This document shows positions 39,301 through 51,776 of a stretch of 64,000 nt of DNA, piece after piece. Source of the DNA: Guillardia theta CCMP2712 (lineage: Eukaryota > Protista > Cryptophyta); assembly GCF_000315625.1 (NCBI RefSeq), contig NW_005434610.1:389751-453750 (forward strand), written 5' to 3'. Below the pieces are notes generated by a model, which was not told where the DNA came from, did not search any database, and saw nothing but the letters and a program-made list of their open reading frames with translations. The position numbers were made by a program, and so were the translations under genes. The stretch's first letter is position 1. Each line of letters opens with the position of its first letter.

Positions 39301-41840
39301 GGGGAGAAGTTGGGGGCGGATCAGCTGCGGGAGTTCGAAGTCAGGTTTGCCCGCAAGATAGAGCAAGATCGCGTCATGAAACTCGACGACACCGAGAAGG
39401 AGCAGTACCTTCGCATCCTCCACGGCTTCAAGAACAGCCTGGCAGACAAGGACAGGAGGAGGAAGAACGGCAAGAAGATCACTGACTGCTTCCTCGCACA
39501 CCCCATCGGCCTGCCTCTTCCTCCCGAAGTACAGAAGAGGTGCTGACCTGGAACCCTCCCCCCCTCTCCCCTAATCTCTTTTCTCTCCTCTCCTCTCCTC
39601 TCCCTCCCTTCCTCCATTCTCTCCCCCTCATCTTCTCTCTTCACCTGCCCCTCTCTTCTCTCTCTCTCTGTCTCTCTCTGTCTCTCTCTCTGTGGCTCTC
39701 TGTCGCTTTCTGTCGTGGCAAAGATCATGGCAAGGACAGTCCTCAAGAAGTTATGCTTCCTCTCGGGTTTTAGGAGGGACAACCTCACTCTCAACTCTTT
39801 GGTCTTGACAGCTGTCAATAGGCTCCGATAGGCTTTATTCGGCCACTCAGTTATCTGCGGAGTCTTTGCGAGCNNNNNNNNNNNNNNNNNNNNNNNNNNN
39901 NNNNNNNNNNNNNNNNNNNNNNNNNNNNNNNNNNNNNNNNNNNNNNNNNNNNNNNNNNNNNNNNNNNNNNNNNNNNNNNNNNNNNNNNNNNNNNNNNNNN
40001 NNNNNNNNNNNNNNNNNNNNNNNNNNNNNNNNNNNNNNNNNNNNNNNNNNNNNNNNNNNNNNNNNNNNNNNNNNNNNNNNNNNNNNNNNNNNNNNNNNNN
40101 NNNNNNNNNNNNNNNNNNNNNNNNNNNNNNNNNNNNNNNNNNNNNNNNNNNNNNNNNNNNNNNNNNNNNNNNNNNNNNNNNNNNNNNNNNNNNNNNNNNN
40201 NNNNNNNNNNNNNNNNNNNNNNNNNNNNNNNNNNNNNNNNNNNNNNNNNNNNNNNNNNNNNNNNNNNNNNNNNNNNNNNNNNNNNNNNNNNNNNNNNNNN
40301 NNNNNNNNNNNNNNNNNNNNNNNNNNNNNNNNNNNNNNNNNNNNNNNNNNNNNNNNNNNNNNNNNNNNNNNNNNNNNNNNNNNNNNNNNNNNNNNNNNNN
40401 NNNNNNNNNNNNNNNNNNNNNNNNNNNNNNNNNNNNNNNNNNNNNNNNNNNNNNNNNNNNNNNNNNNNNNNNNNNNNNNNNNNNNNNNNNNNNNNNNNNN
40501 NNNNNNNNNNNNNNNNNNNNNNNNNNNNNNNNNNNNNNNNNNNNNNNNNNNNNNNNNNNNNNNNNNNNNNNNNNNNNNNNNNNNNNNNNNNNNNNNNNNN
40601 NNNNNNNNNNNNNNNNNNNNNNNNNNNNNNNNNNNNNNNNNNNNNNNNNNNNNNNNNNNNNNNNNNNNNNNNNNNNNNNNNNNNNNNNNNNNNNNNNNNN
40701 NNNNNNNNNNNNNNNNNNNNNNNNNNNNNNNNNNNNNNNNNNNNNNNNNNNNNNNNNNNNNNNNNNNNNNNNNNNNNNNNNNNNNNNNNNNNNNNNNNNN
40801 NNNNNNNNNNNNNNNNNNNNNACCTTTCCCTCGGTTTCTTTTTCCCGTACTTCCTCCTTCCGACCTCGTTACACTGCTCCTGCTCCTGCTCCTGCTCCTG
40901 CTTCTCCAGCATTGCTCGCTAGATCTGACCCTCCTCTCCCGCAGCGATCAACATATATCAACGATCGCTATGAGATTTTCATCGACCAGTCAGCGATGGT
41001 CAACTTCTCCATGCCGGAGCTCTACATCGAACTGTACTCGCCGCCTATCCTGCACGTCCCCTGTTACCTCCTTTTCCTGCCTGCCTGCTCCCCCACCTTA
41101 TCCTGCCTGCCTCCTGCCCCCCTTATCCTGTCTGCCTCCTGCCCCCCTTTACCTGACTGCCTCCTTTTTCTGATCGTTCTCGATGCTAGACTCATGCAAG
41201 TCCTGTCAAGACCATGTTAATACGTGCCGAACCCTCTTAACCTCCACATTTCCCAATCACATACTCACCTCGATTGTCGCTTGACGACCGCATGAATCAC
41301 CTGCTATCATGCACAAAAAAATGCTCACCATTGAACTGTCCTTGTACGACATGCTTAGATGACCTAGTTCTAAACGTTTTGAGAAGCATCGGCTAACCCC
41401 TCTGATTTCGTCACCGATACCTTGCTCATCCCCGGCCACGGAACCCTTCGAATTTNNNNNNNNNNNNNNNNNNNNNNNNNNNNNNNNNNNNNNNNNNNNN
41501 NNNNNNNNNNNNNNNNNNNNNNNNNNNNNNNNNNNNNNNNNNNNNNNNNNNNNNNGTTTGAAGCTGCAGGTGACTCCTCTCCTCGCTCTCGCCCATTCCC
41601 TTCCTTCCATCCCCCGGCCCCCGCCCCACCACCGCCTTCTCCTCCTGCTCGCCATCCTCTCTCCTCCTGCTCTCCGTTCCTCTGCTTGTCACATTCTGCT
41701 CCTCCTCTAGTCTCCCTCCCCTGCTCCCTCTGCGTCTCCTCCTGCTGACCGCAACAGGTGAGCGAGAGGCTACCGGCCATCCTCATCCTTGGTTGCTGCA
41801 TTGCTGTCGACTGTATAGAAGGAGGGAGATCACGCTGAGA
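36378..41840 (+). CDS. Large multi-exon hypothetical protein, interrupted by gaps
   Basis: Coding-like exons flanked by GT/AG (e.g. TFAPSFVGFCKNCEKAG..., EHNINKMFMKLGDYKAPCEVWFS..., EMFGEFIKGLGGEKLG..., STYINDRYEIFIDQSAM). No family recognised, and the 3' extent across the gaps is uncertain. Confidence 0.55.
38621..38744. repeat. 10-bp tandem repeat (CTCCGTCCTC)n, intronic
   Basis: Directly visible, ~12 units. Confidence 0.9.
39874..40821. other. Assembly gap (N)
   Basis: Run of N. Confidence 1.
41456..41555. other. Assembly gap (N)
   Basis: Run of N. Confidence 1.
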
Positions 41841-42039
41841 TATCGCAGGAGAGCATGTACACATAATCCTTGTTATCGCACCTGGCCTTCTCTTCCTCTG
41901 CTCCTGCTCCCTGCTCCCTGCTCCCTGCTCCCTGCTCCCTGCTCCCTGCTCCCTGCTCCTGCTCCTGCTCCTGCTCCTGCTGCTCCTGGTCCTGGTCCTG
42001 GTCCTGGTCCTGCTTCCTTTCTATCAACATCGTAGTCTC

Positions 42040-44036
42040 ACAGCGAAATGGTGAGGGAGTGGCGGGCGCACAAGGAGCATCGACCTGCCTTCTCATCAGC
42101 ACCAGCCAGTCCTCCTGCTCCCCTACCAGCATCGAGATCATCCCGATCGGCTCGGAGAGCGCTGCCGCAATCTTGAAAGAACAGCGTGTGAGGAGTCGTG
42201 GGAGCAGAGGGAAGGGGAGAGGGAATGAGGGAAGAAGGGAGCAGATGGAAGCTATTGAGGGAGGGAAGGGAGGGAGGCTATTGAGGGAGGGAAGGAGGGA
42301 GGGAGTGAACTCACCGACACNNNNNNNNNNNNNNNNNNNNNNNNNNNNNNNNNNNNNNNNNNNNNNNNNNNNNNNNNNNNNNNNNNNNNNNNNNNNNNNN
42401 NNNNNNNNNNNNNNNNNNNNNNNNNNNNNNNNNNNNNNNNNNNNNNNNNNNNNNNNNNNNNNNNNNNNNNNNNNNNNNNNNNNNNNNNNNNNNNNNNNNN
42501 NNNNNNNNNNNNNNNNNNNNNNNNNNNNNNNNNNNNNNNNNNNNNNNNNNNNNNNNNNNNNNNNNNNNNNNNNNNNNNNNNNNNNNNNNNNNNNNNNNNN
42601 NNNNNNNNNNNNNNNNNNNNNNNNNNNNNNNNNNNNNNNNNNNNNNNNNNNNNNNNNNNNNNNNNNNNNNNNNNNNNNNNNNNNNNNNNNNNNNNNNNNN
42701 NNNNNNNNNNNNNNNNNNNNNNNNNNNNNNNNNNNNNNNNNNNNNNNNNNNNNNNNNNNNNNNNNNNNNNNNNNNNNNNNNNNNNNNNNNNNNNNNNNNN
42801 NNNNNNNNNNNNNNNNNNNNNNNNNNNNNNNNNNNNNNNNNNNNNNNNNNNNNNNNNNNNNNNNNNNNNNNNNNNNNNNNNNNNNNNNNNNNNNNNNNNN
42901 NNNNNNNNNNNNNNNNNNNNNNNNNNNNNNNNNNNNNNNNNNNNNNNNNNNNNNNNNNNNNNNNNNNNNNNNNNNNNNNNNNNNNNNNNNNNNNNNNNNN
43001 NNNNNNNNNNNNNNNNNNNNNNNNNNNNNNNNNNNNNNNNNNNNNNATTTCCGAGAAGTTGAAGAACGTCTTGTCTGGTAGCGGCTCGACACCCTGAAGC
43101 TCCTCCTGAATTTCTTGATCACCATCACCAGTACCGCTTCGTTCTACCTCTCTCCCTCCCTCCTCGTCCCTGCCTCCCTGCCTTCCTTCCCTCGTTGCTT
43201 GCTCGCTCCTTTCCTTCCCTCAATCGCTCGCCTCCTCCTCCGAGCATGAAGCACCTTCGAGAAGGTCTTGTGCAGCTGAGCATCAAACTCCACGAAGTCT
43301 GAGAATCTCAGATGGATGCACCATTCCTGCACACCCCCCCCCCTCTCTTACCACACGCACACGATAGCGCGCGATCATCACCATGCTCTCGTAGCTGATG
43401 AGGAAGATGTAGACGGTATACTCTGTTGGGCCGCATGACAGCCCAGGGAGCAGCCGGTTGGGCTGAACCTTGCGCTGCGTCCTGTCAGCTTCCTGACATG
43501 GCAGGAGGAGGGCAGGGGAACCTGAGCGTCGAGAACCCTCACGCTGAACTCTGGATGGCGCGACATGGAGGCTGCTACATACCTGGAGCATGCGTCAAAC
43601 ACCGAACGCAGGTCGTTCACATACAGCTCCCTTCTCCCATGAGTTTCTGCTACAGGGAGGCAGGGGCGGGGGGTGGGGGTTGGGAAGTAGGAGGACGAGG
43701 AGAGAATCTTTGCTCATACCCTCTCAACCCCCTTCTGCTGCTAGAGCAACGCTACAACAACCTCTTCATCTCCTGGAAGCATTCACTGTGACTCTGCTAG
43801 CACGAGGAGACTCTGCAGTGACCAAGCTTCTCCTGCCCCTGCTCCTTCCTCCTGCCCCTCGCCCCCTCTCCCTCTCCCTCTCCTTCTCCCTCTCCTTCTC
43901 CCTCTCCTTCTCCCTCTCCTTCTCCTTCTCCTTGAGTTCGAAACCTCTTTACCGCATTCAGAGGACGGAGGGGGGGGTGGGGAACTCATGCTTCCATATA
44001 CAGTTCCAGAACATGATGAAACGCCTTGCGAAAGCA
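42040..44036 (-). CDS. PX (phox homology) domain-containing protein, fragmentary because of gaps
   Basis: EYTVY...YRVRVVREGGGVQEWCIHLRFSDFVEFDAQLHKTFSK matches the PX W.+.(R)RYSDF..L...L motif. Confidence 0.6.
42321..43046. other. Assembly gap (N)
   Basis: Run of N. Confidence 1.
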
Positions 44037-44111
44037 GTAGTGTAGTAACGACTAGTGGAATGAGATGGAATGAGAAGTGACTATTAAAGTCAAACCAAGT
44101 TGTAGGCACCC

Positions 44112-44905
44112 NNNNNNNNNNNNNNNNNNNNNNNNNNNNNNNNNNNNNNNNNNNNNNNNNNNNNNNNNNNNNNNNNNNNNNNNNNNNNNNNNNNNNNNNN
44201 NNNNNNNNNNNNNNNNNNNNNNNNNNNNNNNNNNNNNNNNNNNNNNNNNNNNNNNNNNNNNNNNNNNNNNNNNNNNNNNNNNNNNNNNNNNNNNNNNNNN
44301 NNNNNNNNNNNNNNNNNNNNNNNNNNNNNNNNNNNNNNNNNNNNNNNNNNNNNNNNNNNNNNNNNNNNNNNNNNNNNNNNNNNNNNNNNNNNNNNNNNNN
44401 NNNNNNNNNNNNNNNNNNNNNNNNNNNNNNNNNNNNNNNNNNNNNNNNNNNNNNNNNNNNNNNNNNNNNNNNNNNNNNNNNNNNNNNNNNNNNNNNNNNN
44501 NNNNNNNNNNNNNNNNNNNNNNNNNNNNNNNNNNNNNNNNNNNNNNNNNNNNNNNNNNNNNNNNNNNNNNNNNNNNNNNNNNNNNNNNNNNNNNNNNNNN
44601 NNNNNNNNNNNNNNNNNNNNNNNNNNNNNNNNNNNNNNNNNNNNNNNNNNNNNNNNNNNNNNNNNNNNNNNNNNNNNNNNNNNNNNNNNNNNNNNNNNNN
44701 NNNNNNNNNNNNNNNNNNNNNNNNNNNNNNNNNNNNNNNNNNNNNNNNNNNNNNNNNNNNNNNNNNNNNNNNNNNNNNNNNNNNNNNNNNNNNNNNNNNN
44801 NNNNNNNNNNNNNNNNNNNNNNNNNNNNNNNNNNNNNNNNNNNNNNNNNNNNNNNNNNNNNNNNNNNNNNNNNNNNNNNNNNNNNNNNNNNNNNNNNNNN
44901 NNNNN
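44112..44905. other. Assembly gap (N)
   Basis: Run of N. Confidence 1.
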
Positions 44906-45199
44906 GTTGCATTTTCGTAATTTCTTTCACTCGCCTGGTCTGGCAGCTTGCAAGCTTCCGTACCCTGACCCCACCCCAACACGACTCGATCGAATATGAC
45001 CCCCTCATAATGTCACCCACCCCTAGTCATCTACTACGTCTGCTCATTACCCACCCTTTCCTGTTTTGAATTCAGATATCGGAGTGGTAGGGTATGTAGT
45101 CAGATATCAAACTACCCCTATTTCTTGCTCAAAATTTAACCCCTACCCACACTGAATGACCACCCAACCCCGAGACTCCTTTCAGAAGGAAAGGGAAAC

Positions 45200-47978
45200 A
45201 TGGCTTCATGGATGACACAGGCGGTGGAGATGTTGAAAGAGGTAAGAAGGAGGAGAGGAGAGGAGAGGAGAGGAGAGGAGAGGAGAGGAGAGGAGAGAAA
45301 GGAGTACAGCAGTGCAGTGAAAATGGTAGCTGAAGAAAACGTGAGGGAGAGCGAACAGGGGAGGGGAGGGAGGAGGAGGGCATACGATTAGGAGGAATTT
45401 AGGGAGGCAATGGCTAAGGATGAGGATGTCTAGAAGGAGAGTGTTGAAGTAGTGGGTGAGGTAATGATCTCAGGCGGGATACCTTCCTCCCGACCCCGAA
45501 GGCATGGACCCTGCTCTGTTCGAGGAGCGAAGCAAGAAATTCGACACGAACTGGAGGTGACATGCATCTGATCTCCTTTCTCTTGCTCCTGCTCATTCGT
45601 GGTGCTGCCAAGGTTCTGGTCGTTCTTCATCACGTTCATGGCTGTGACAACGATAGGTCTGTCTCTTCCCCCGTCCAACTGCGTCGAATGTTGATGCTTC
45701 TGCACCAGGATCAAAAGTCTTCCCCAAGGATCCGAAACCCGTGAAGAAGAAGGAGGACAAGGAGGCGAAGGGCAAGGTAGGAGCGGCGAAAACGTCGGCG
45801 ACGGGGAGATATGCGGGGGGGAGGGATAGGGAGGGGAATAAAAGGGGGCGGGCGTCGGATGGGGTGACCGATGCGAACAGGGGAAGGACAAGGGCAAGGG
45901 GGCAGAGGAGAAGAAAGAGGACACGCAGGAGGCTGAACAACCAGCGGCATCGCCTGCGGAGTCCACCGGGGTTCTCCACGACCTTGTGTTCAAGTGAGAT
46001 CTCCATCCTCTTCCTGCCCTTGTGTTGACTCGTGTGTAAGGTACATCCCCTACATGGTCATAGCCTTCTGCCTTGTCCAGATTGTGAGCGCCCTTGCCCT
46101 GCGCTCTCCTCTCCCTCCCTGTCTTCCTCCTCCTCCTCCTCCTCCTCCTCCTCCTCCTCCTCCTCCTCCTCCTCCTCCTCCTCCTCCTCCTCCTCCTCCT
46201 CCTCCTCTTCCCTCCTCCTCCCCATCCGCCTCCCCGTCTCTCCCATTCCATCGCATGTCTATAGGGCCTCCCTCACCTCGACTTCCTCCCGCGGCAGGTC
46301 ACAGTCGCTTTCTTCCCCAACCAGAAGCTCTTCTTTACAACTCAAGACTCCCAGCCCCTGGTCACCAAGGTTTGCCGGCAGTCCGCCAGCGCTGCGTCTG
46401 AAACGGTGTAAAGGTTGAGTACTACCTGGGGTCCAAAGTCCTCAAGCAGGTCAACGAGCAAGCGAGTCGCAAGGGCTGGACTGATCCCCTCCAAGGTCAG
46501 GAGCTTCTCCCATCTCCCTCCTGGCCCTCAGCTGCACCTGCAGATCCTTTCAACGGCGACCTTGCTTCCGGGTGCCGCCTGTCGTTCCATGGACCTGGTC
46601 GATGAGCTCTTGCGAGGGCCTTGGGGGCTGACTCGCGTGCTCTGATAGGAATCGAGCACTTCAAGAAGGGAGAGAAGTTCCAGGACCTTCAGGTGAGGCC
46701 AAGAAGGCGCGAGGGGAGGGAAAGCAGCGGCAGGATGAAGGAGGAGGAGAAGAAGATGATTGAGGAGGGAGGGAGGGAGGGAGGAAGGGAGAGGGAGGAG
46801 GGAGGGAGGGAGGGAGGGGGAGGGAGGAAGGGAGAGGGAGGAGGGAGGGAGGGAGGGAGGGAGGGAGGGAGGGGGAGGGAGCTCACAAGATCTGAGCATG
46901 TGAACGCCGGCAGAACTTCTTCGACCGAGCGGTCATCTCGGACGCAAACGCCTGGGTTCTTTCTTCGGTGAGCCATGCGGCCTCCTCCTTGCGAAGTTGG
47001 TCTGATCACTGCGATCAAGGTTTCGTTGAAAGGGGTCAACGACTTGAAGACGGTTACTTCCTCTGAGAGGAGGAGGAGAAGGAGGGGGGGGGGAGAGGCG
47101 GAGGGGGGGGGGAAGGAAGACAATGGGGCGGCGGGGGGGGGATGGCGTTAGAAGAAAGACCTCACGGGTGCATGAGCAGGAGGTTCTTAGACCCTACCGG
47201 GGGGTCTACCCGCTCTCCAACTCTTCCGCAGGAAACTATGTAGCCAGTCAGGTAGGCAGCCTTGCTCATGGGCTCTTCCGCTTCCTCCACTTTTCGTTTT
47301 TCCTTCCCTTCCGCTTCCTCCTCTTCTCGTTTCCTCCTCCGCTCTCAAGGCTTGCTGTCCGCTCCTCAGCCCTCATGCCTGAGCAGGTGGATATCATCTG
47401 GCTCTCCGTCCCCGAGGATGCAGTGGGAGGGCAGGTCCACGTGTACGACAGGGCGAGGTCAGCGCGTCTCGTTGCTCCATCCTCCCTCCTTGATCAGAGC
47501 TGGCAGGGGCGACCCTAGGGGCAAGCAGTCTGTGCTTGACAAGCCCGACCAGGTCATGAGGAGGGAGAGGCGATTGAGGTTGGTGAAGGACATCAAACAG
47601 ACGGTCGATCCTGAGGAAAACAGCAACATCGTCGTGCGAGGGGACGCCTTCTATCGGGTACTTTTCATCCCGCTCCCTCTTCCCTGTCCACAGCCCTTCC
47701 TCCCTCTCCCTTCTGCCTTCCCTCCTCACTTCCTACCCTGATCCTGGCCAACAGGTTCTTGGTTTCCGTGCGGACATCTCGCAGGAGCACATGCGGCTCC
47801 TCATCCTCGAGCAGTACATCGTGCCGGAAACCCTGTGAGCCTCTGCTGCTGCTCCTCCTCCTCCTGACCGTCTCCTCCCTCTCCTCCTCGCACCTTCGAC
47901 AGGCTTCAGCAGGATCGTTGGCACTTCTCCTTCAACTGCAGCACCCAGACGTACAAGTTGCCCGCGAGCCGGAGTTGA
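45200..47978 (+). CDS. Membrane-anchored protein with a 2OG-Fe(II) oxygenase-like (DSBH) C-terminal domain apparently lacking the iron ligands
   Basis: Many short exons: YIPYMVIAFCLVQI|VTVAFF (TM), DANAWVLS, EVLRPYRGVYP, VDIIWLSVPEDAVGGQVHVYD, TVDPEENSNIVVRGDAFYR|VLGF...MRLLILEQY. Confidence 0.55.
46125..46207. repeat. (CCT)n microsatellite, intronic
   Basis: Directly visible. Confidence 0.95.
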
Positions 47979-48039
47979 CTACTGAGTCAGGGTCGGAGTT
48001 AGTAGGATGTAAGTCAGTGCCAATGTCAAGTCAGTAAAC

Positions 48040-49350
48040 AAACAGCATGTAACGTTGAACTCAGTGACTTTCTGATCTCTGAGGGGCGGCGGCCGAAACT
48101 TCAAGTACTCAGTAACTTCGGCCTCATGCGGCCCGGACCATGAGTCAACTCCCGAGTCCGAATGGCGCCGGCCCGGCACCCCGCCGCCGGAATGGCCGCG
48201 CCGGGCAGCCCCCGGCCCCCCCCCCCCAAAAAAACGGCCGGGCCGCCGTGTAAGCGTTGCAACCGTGACATGATAAGGGAGTCACGTTACAGGTGGCTGT
48301 GTGACAGACGGCTGTGTACGGTAGGGGTTGTTTTTCCTTTAAGAAAGGGGGTGGGGGTGGGGACTCATTCCGAAATATTTTTCACCGTTCAAAATAACAA
48401 ATCACTCATCTCAGTGACTGGGTGGTTGCCTTGTACACCCCACCCCCTAATAATAGGTATAATAATAGGGTGGGGTGATGGAGCAGTGATGGTCAACTTC
48501 CGGATCAATGTCGTGTCGGCGTGGGTGAAAGGGGGCCGCTGACCTGATGACCCACCCCCCTCGTGATAACCCACCCTGATTGGAAATCAATCTAATTTGT
48601 ACCGAGAACGATCAAAATTGACCCCCCTAAATAGGTCATAATGACTACCCCTACCCACTTTCGAAACTTCAAGATATCTCAAAACAATAACTTTCATATC
48701 TTCTGACGACGTGACTTTGAAAACGATTCTTTTCAGGTCTGACGGGAATCCGTGACCCTGAATTCTCGTGTAGTGACCCAATACAACCCCCAACCTTCCG
48801 CCCACCCACCCCTGGAGATCAACATGATCCCCCTGTTTGAGATTCCGCGCATCTTGTTTTTACGGGTACCCCTACTTTTGCCAGTTTACTACCCCACGGG
48901 ATTAGCGACTAAGTCTGTGGCTACCCCACCCACCGGTAGATACCCCTCTAACCTCACCACCCCACCTACTGGTTGCGATCAAGTTTTATCATGTTGGGGA
49001 CGCATGTAAGCCTGTCGAACGACCTATAATGTGTGGGTGGGGGGTGAGATGAAAGAGCTGGGTAGGGGGTACTTAGTCACTGTAAACAGCTGAAAAGAGT
49101 GGGTAGGGGTACGACTGAAGAAGCACACTGACTTGGAGGGGTGGGGGGGTAGTAGGAGGTCGGGCACGGCTCCGTGGTGCGGTGCCCAAGGGACTGTCAT
49201 CGAAAAAATAGTGGGTGGGGGTACTAAGAAAAGTGAATTGTACCCGTGATAAAGATTGTTAAAAAGTAGGTGGGGGTGATTTTCCGACCCGAGGGGGTGA
49301 AGGTATTTGGAAAAGTTAGAGGGGGTGGGGGTATACAGGCCTATACCCCA
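48040..49350. promoter_or_regulatory. Intergenic block with a CCGG/GTGAC-rich core followed by dense TACCCC/GGGGTA motifs
   Basis: Non-coding composition; the same motif classes recur upstream of other genes in the window. Regulatory role inferred. Confidence 0.4.
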
Positions 49351-49381
49351 CAATCGTCAGGCAAGAAGCAAGACTGCTGTC

Positions 49382-49978
49382 ATGGCAGCTACTTTGGACG
49401 ACTATGCACCACGAGCCCTCGCTCCCTCGCTCCCCCACTCGTCATCGTCGTCTCCCTCCTCTCCCACCTTATCGTTCTTCTCGTCTGCTGAGCCTGCAAA
49501 GAGCATGCTTCTCTGCGCATCGCTTTCAAGGAGTTTGTCAGAGAAAATCACTCCTTTCGTCCATCCGGTTGAAGACGATGATGAAGAAGAGGAGGGCTCT
49601 CCTCCTCCCCTGCCACCTCCAAGCCGGTTCCGCAGGTCAAGGGACATGCACTCATCGTATTCATCGTCTTGCTCATCCCTTTCCTCCATGGCAGAGGTTG
49701 ACAGCCCAGTTGCGAGAGTTACGTTGATGAGGACGTGGGGTTCAGAAACACATCTAGACGACCTAATTTTACAGGCAGAAGAAAAGATTAGCTCTTCCCC
49801 AGACATAGACAAGAAGATTGAGGAAGCTCCAAGGATAATGCGGCGTTCATCCTCGCTTAACAGCTTGAGTGACGCTGGCAACCTCGGGAAAGCGCGAATG
49901 TACTACAACAGAAGCATTGGAAAGGAGATCCAGGGGACTGATTTGCTTCCGAAGCTCAGGCGAAATCCAGGAAAATGA
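49382..49978 (+). CDS. Intronless Ser-rich hypothetical protein (~198 aa)
   Basis: ORF 49307..49978 with a likely start MAATLDD at 49382; low complexity, with kinase-site-like MRTWGS and MRRSSS motifs. Confidence 0.55.
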   Translation: MAATLDDYAPRALAPSLPHSSSSSPSSPTLSFFSSAEPAKSMLLCASLSRSLSEKITPFVHPVEDDDEEEEGSPPPLPPPSRFRRSRDMHSSYSSSCSSLSSMAEVDSPVARVTLMRTWGSETHLDDLILQAEEKISSSPDIDKKIEEAPRIMRRSSSLNSLSDAGNLGKARMYYNRSIGKEIQGTDLLPKLRRNPGK

Positions 49979-50185
49979 TGTTCTGCTCAAGGTCGCACGA
50001 CTTTACCATCACCGATCATCTGACAGGACACAAAGTTTGTGCTCCGGTACCAGTTTCCTCTAGTTTCCATGTTAGTGTTAATAGCCTAGTTGTGTAGTGT
50101 GGGTTAGTGTAATGGATGAGTTTCCATTTCAAATCACTCCCAAATTCCCTCCCTTCCTAGCACTGAGTACGAGCAGCTATTCACT

Positions 50186-50287
50186 CTGGGAAAGTAGCTA
50201 CAGTAGCTACGAACCTGGGACAGGAATACAAACCTGGGACAGTAGCTACAGTAGCTACAACTCTGGGACAGTAGCTACAACTCTGGA
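50186..50287. repeat. Imperfect tandem array of CTGGGA(C/A)A-GTAGCTAC(A) units
   Basis: CTGGGA occurs 4 times (plus CTGGAG) and palindromic GTAGCTAC 5 times within ~100 bp. Confidence 0.85.
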
Positions 50288-50364
50288 GAACAAGAGATCT
50301 GGCATGAGGAAGTGCAGCTGTGCGATTTTATTAGATCTGAACTCTAGTTTCAGCGAGTTTGGTC

Positions 50365-51776
50365 TATGCCTGATCCTCCATCTGCTGGAGATTCTCGTTG
50401 GTCTCCCAATGAACCCCGTCGCCGACACTGAGGAAAGCGGAATCAAACGACAGTCGCAGCAGAGATGTATAGAGACTGGGGAGTGGGGGGAGGACAGAAA
50501 CAAAGGAGTGAGGGTGAAGAGGGTGGAGGAAAAGAAATGGAATAGGATGGAAGGAGGAAATGACAAGAGGTAGTGAGGTCAGTCAAACCTTTTGCTGCTG
50601 CTGGGCGGTGCAATGGGCAGGAACCAGGTCCAGACATCGTCACCGAAAACCTGTTTCACGAAAAGTATGATCGGACGGTGAGAGAGGGATTACGAGTGAG
50701 GGAAGGAGTGAGGGAGGAAGGGAGGGAGGAACCCTTGGGGAGGCAGGGGGAGTGAGCAGCGTAAGTCCTTTCTCACCTGCCTCCAATTCTTCTCCCTCCC
50801 CAAATCGAACGGGTTGACCTGCACAGACAGGTCAGCCCTCTCCTGCTCTCTCCCTTGCTGTCCAAACCTGATCCTTCTTGGTCGGGTCTCTCTTCTCCAC
50901 GTGCTCTATGGTACTCATGTTCTGACAGCAAGCAAGGTCAATGTCATGTCTCATATGAGTTGGACGTTGAGATCCGGCAGATTTTTGCCCTCACCTTGAG
51001 AAGGAGCATGTAGTGGAAACCAGTGAATCCCGTTAGCACCACAGTGACAGCCTTGCAAGCATACATCAGCATCCCATCACAACATCAAGCGTTGTCAGGG
51101 CCCTCACCACCATGAGGCAGAACACAACGAAGTACTCGAACTCGACCACGGTGAACTGGATTGGCCTCCGCTCGATCAGGGTTGTGATGAAGCCGATGAA
51201 GATGGTGCAGGCCACGTAAAAGGAGGTGATGGTGGCGTAAGAGCAGAACAGAATGAAGTACTTGTAGTTGCAGTAGCCGATGCAGTTGTTCACCCAAGGA
51301 CAATGGTGGTCCATCTTTAAGACGCATCGTCCACAGTACTTGCAGTGATGCGCCCGGTCAGGCTTGAACTTCCTGCACTTGCGGCAGTATCGCTGCCTTC
51401 CATCCAGCTTCCTCTCTGCACTCGGCACAGTGAGAGGAGAGTTCTCGTCCTTGTCCGACACCCTCTCTGACACTTCAGCTTCCAGACCAAATCGATGAGC
51501 GAGGTTCAATTCTGAGATCCACGCCTCGTCCAGCTCGTACGGCACCCCACCGGCGTCTGTGAAGATCACTTTCCAGTAGCTCACGAGCAGCAGGATGAAG
51601 AGGATGTGGAAGCAGATCAACAGCGTGACGCAGCTGGCAGGGTTCGGCCCCCATAGCGGCAGCGCAGTCAAGAAGACGAAGCAGTGGTAAACGAGGGGAA
51701 TAACCATGAGAACAACGATGGAGATGAAGAACAAGCCACAGGCCCTGATCTGATCGCTCCACTTGTCCGCTGCCAT
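50365..51776 (-). CDS. DHHC palmitoyltransferase (ZDHHC2/15/20, Pfa3-like)
   Basis: RYCRKCRKFKPDRAHHCKYCGRCVLKMDHHCPWVNNCIGYCNYKYF; downstream exons NMSTIEHVEK, NPFDLGREKNWRQ|VFGDDVWTWFLP and GDGVHWETN. Confidence 0.95.

Noticed and set aside
39851-45069. Several long ORFs of 320-435 aa
   Set aside because: Mostly X residues from assembly gaps
50186-50287. Possible CRISPR-like array
   Set aside because: Units are short, have no unique spacers, there are no cas genes, and the context is eukaryotic
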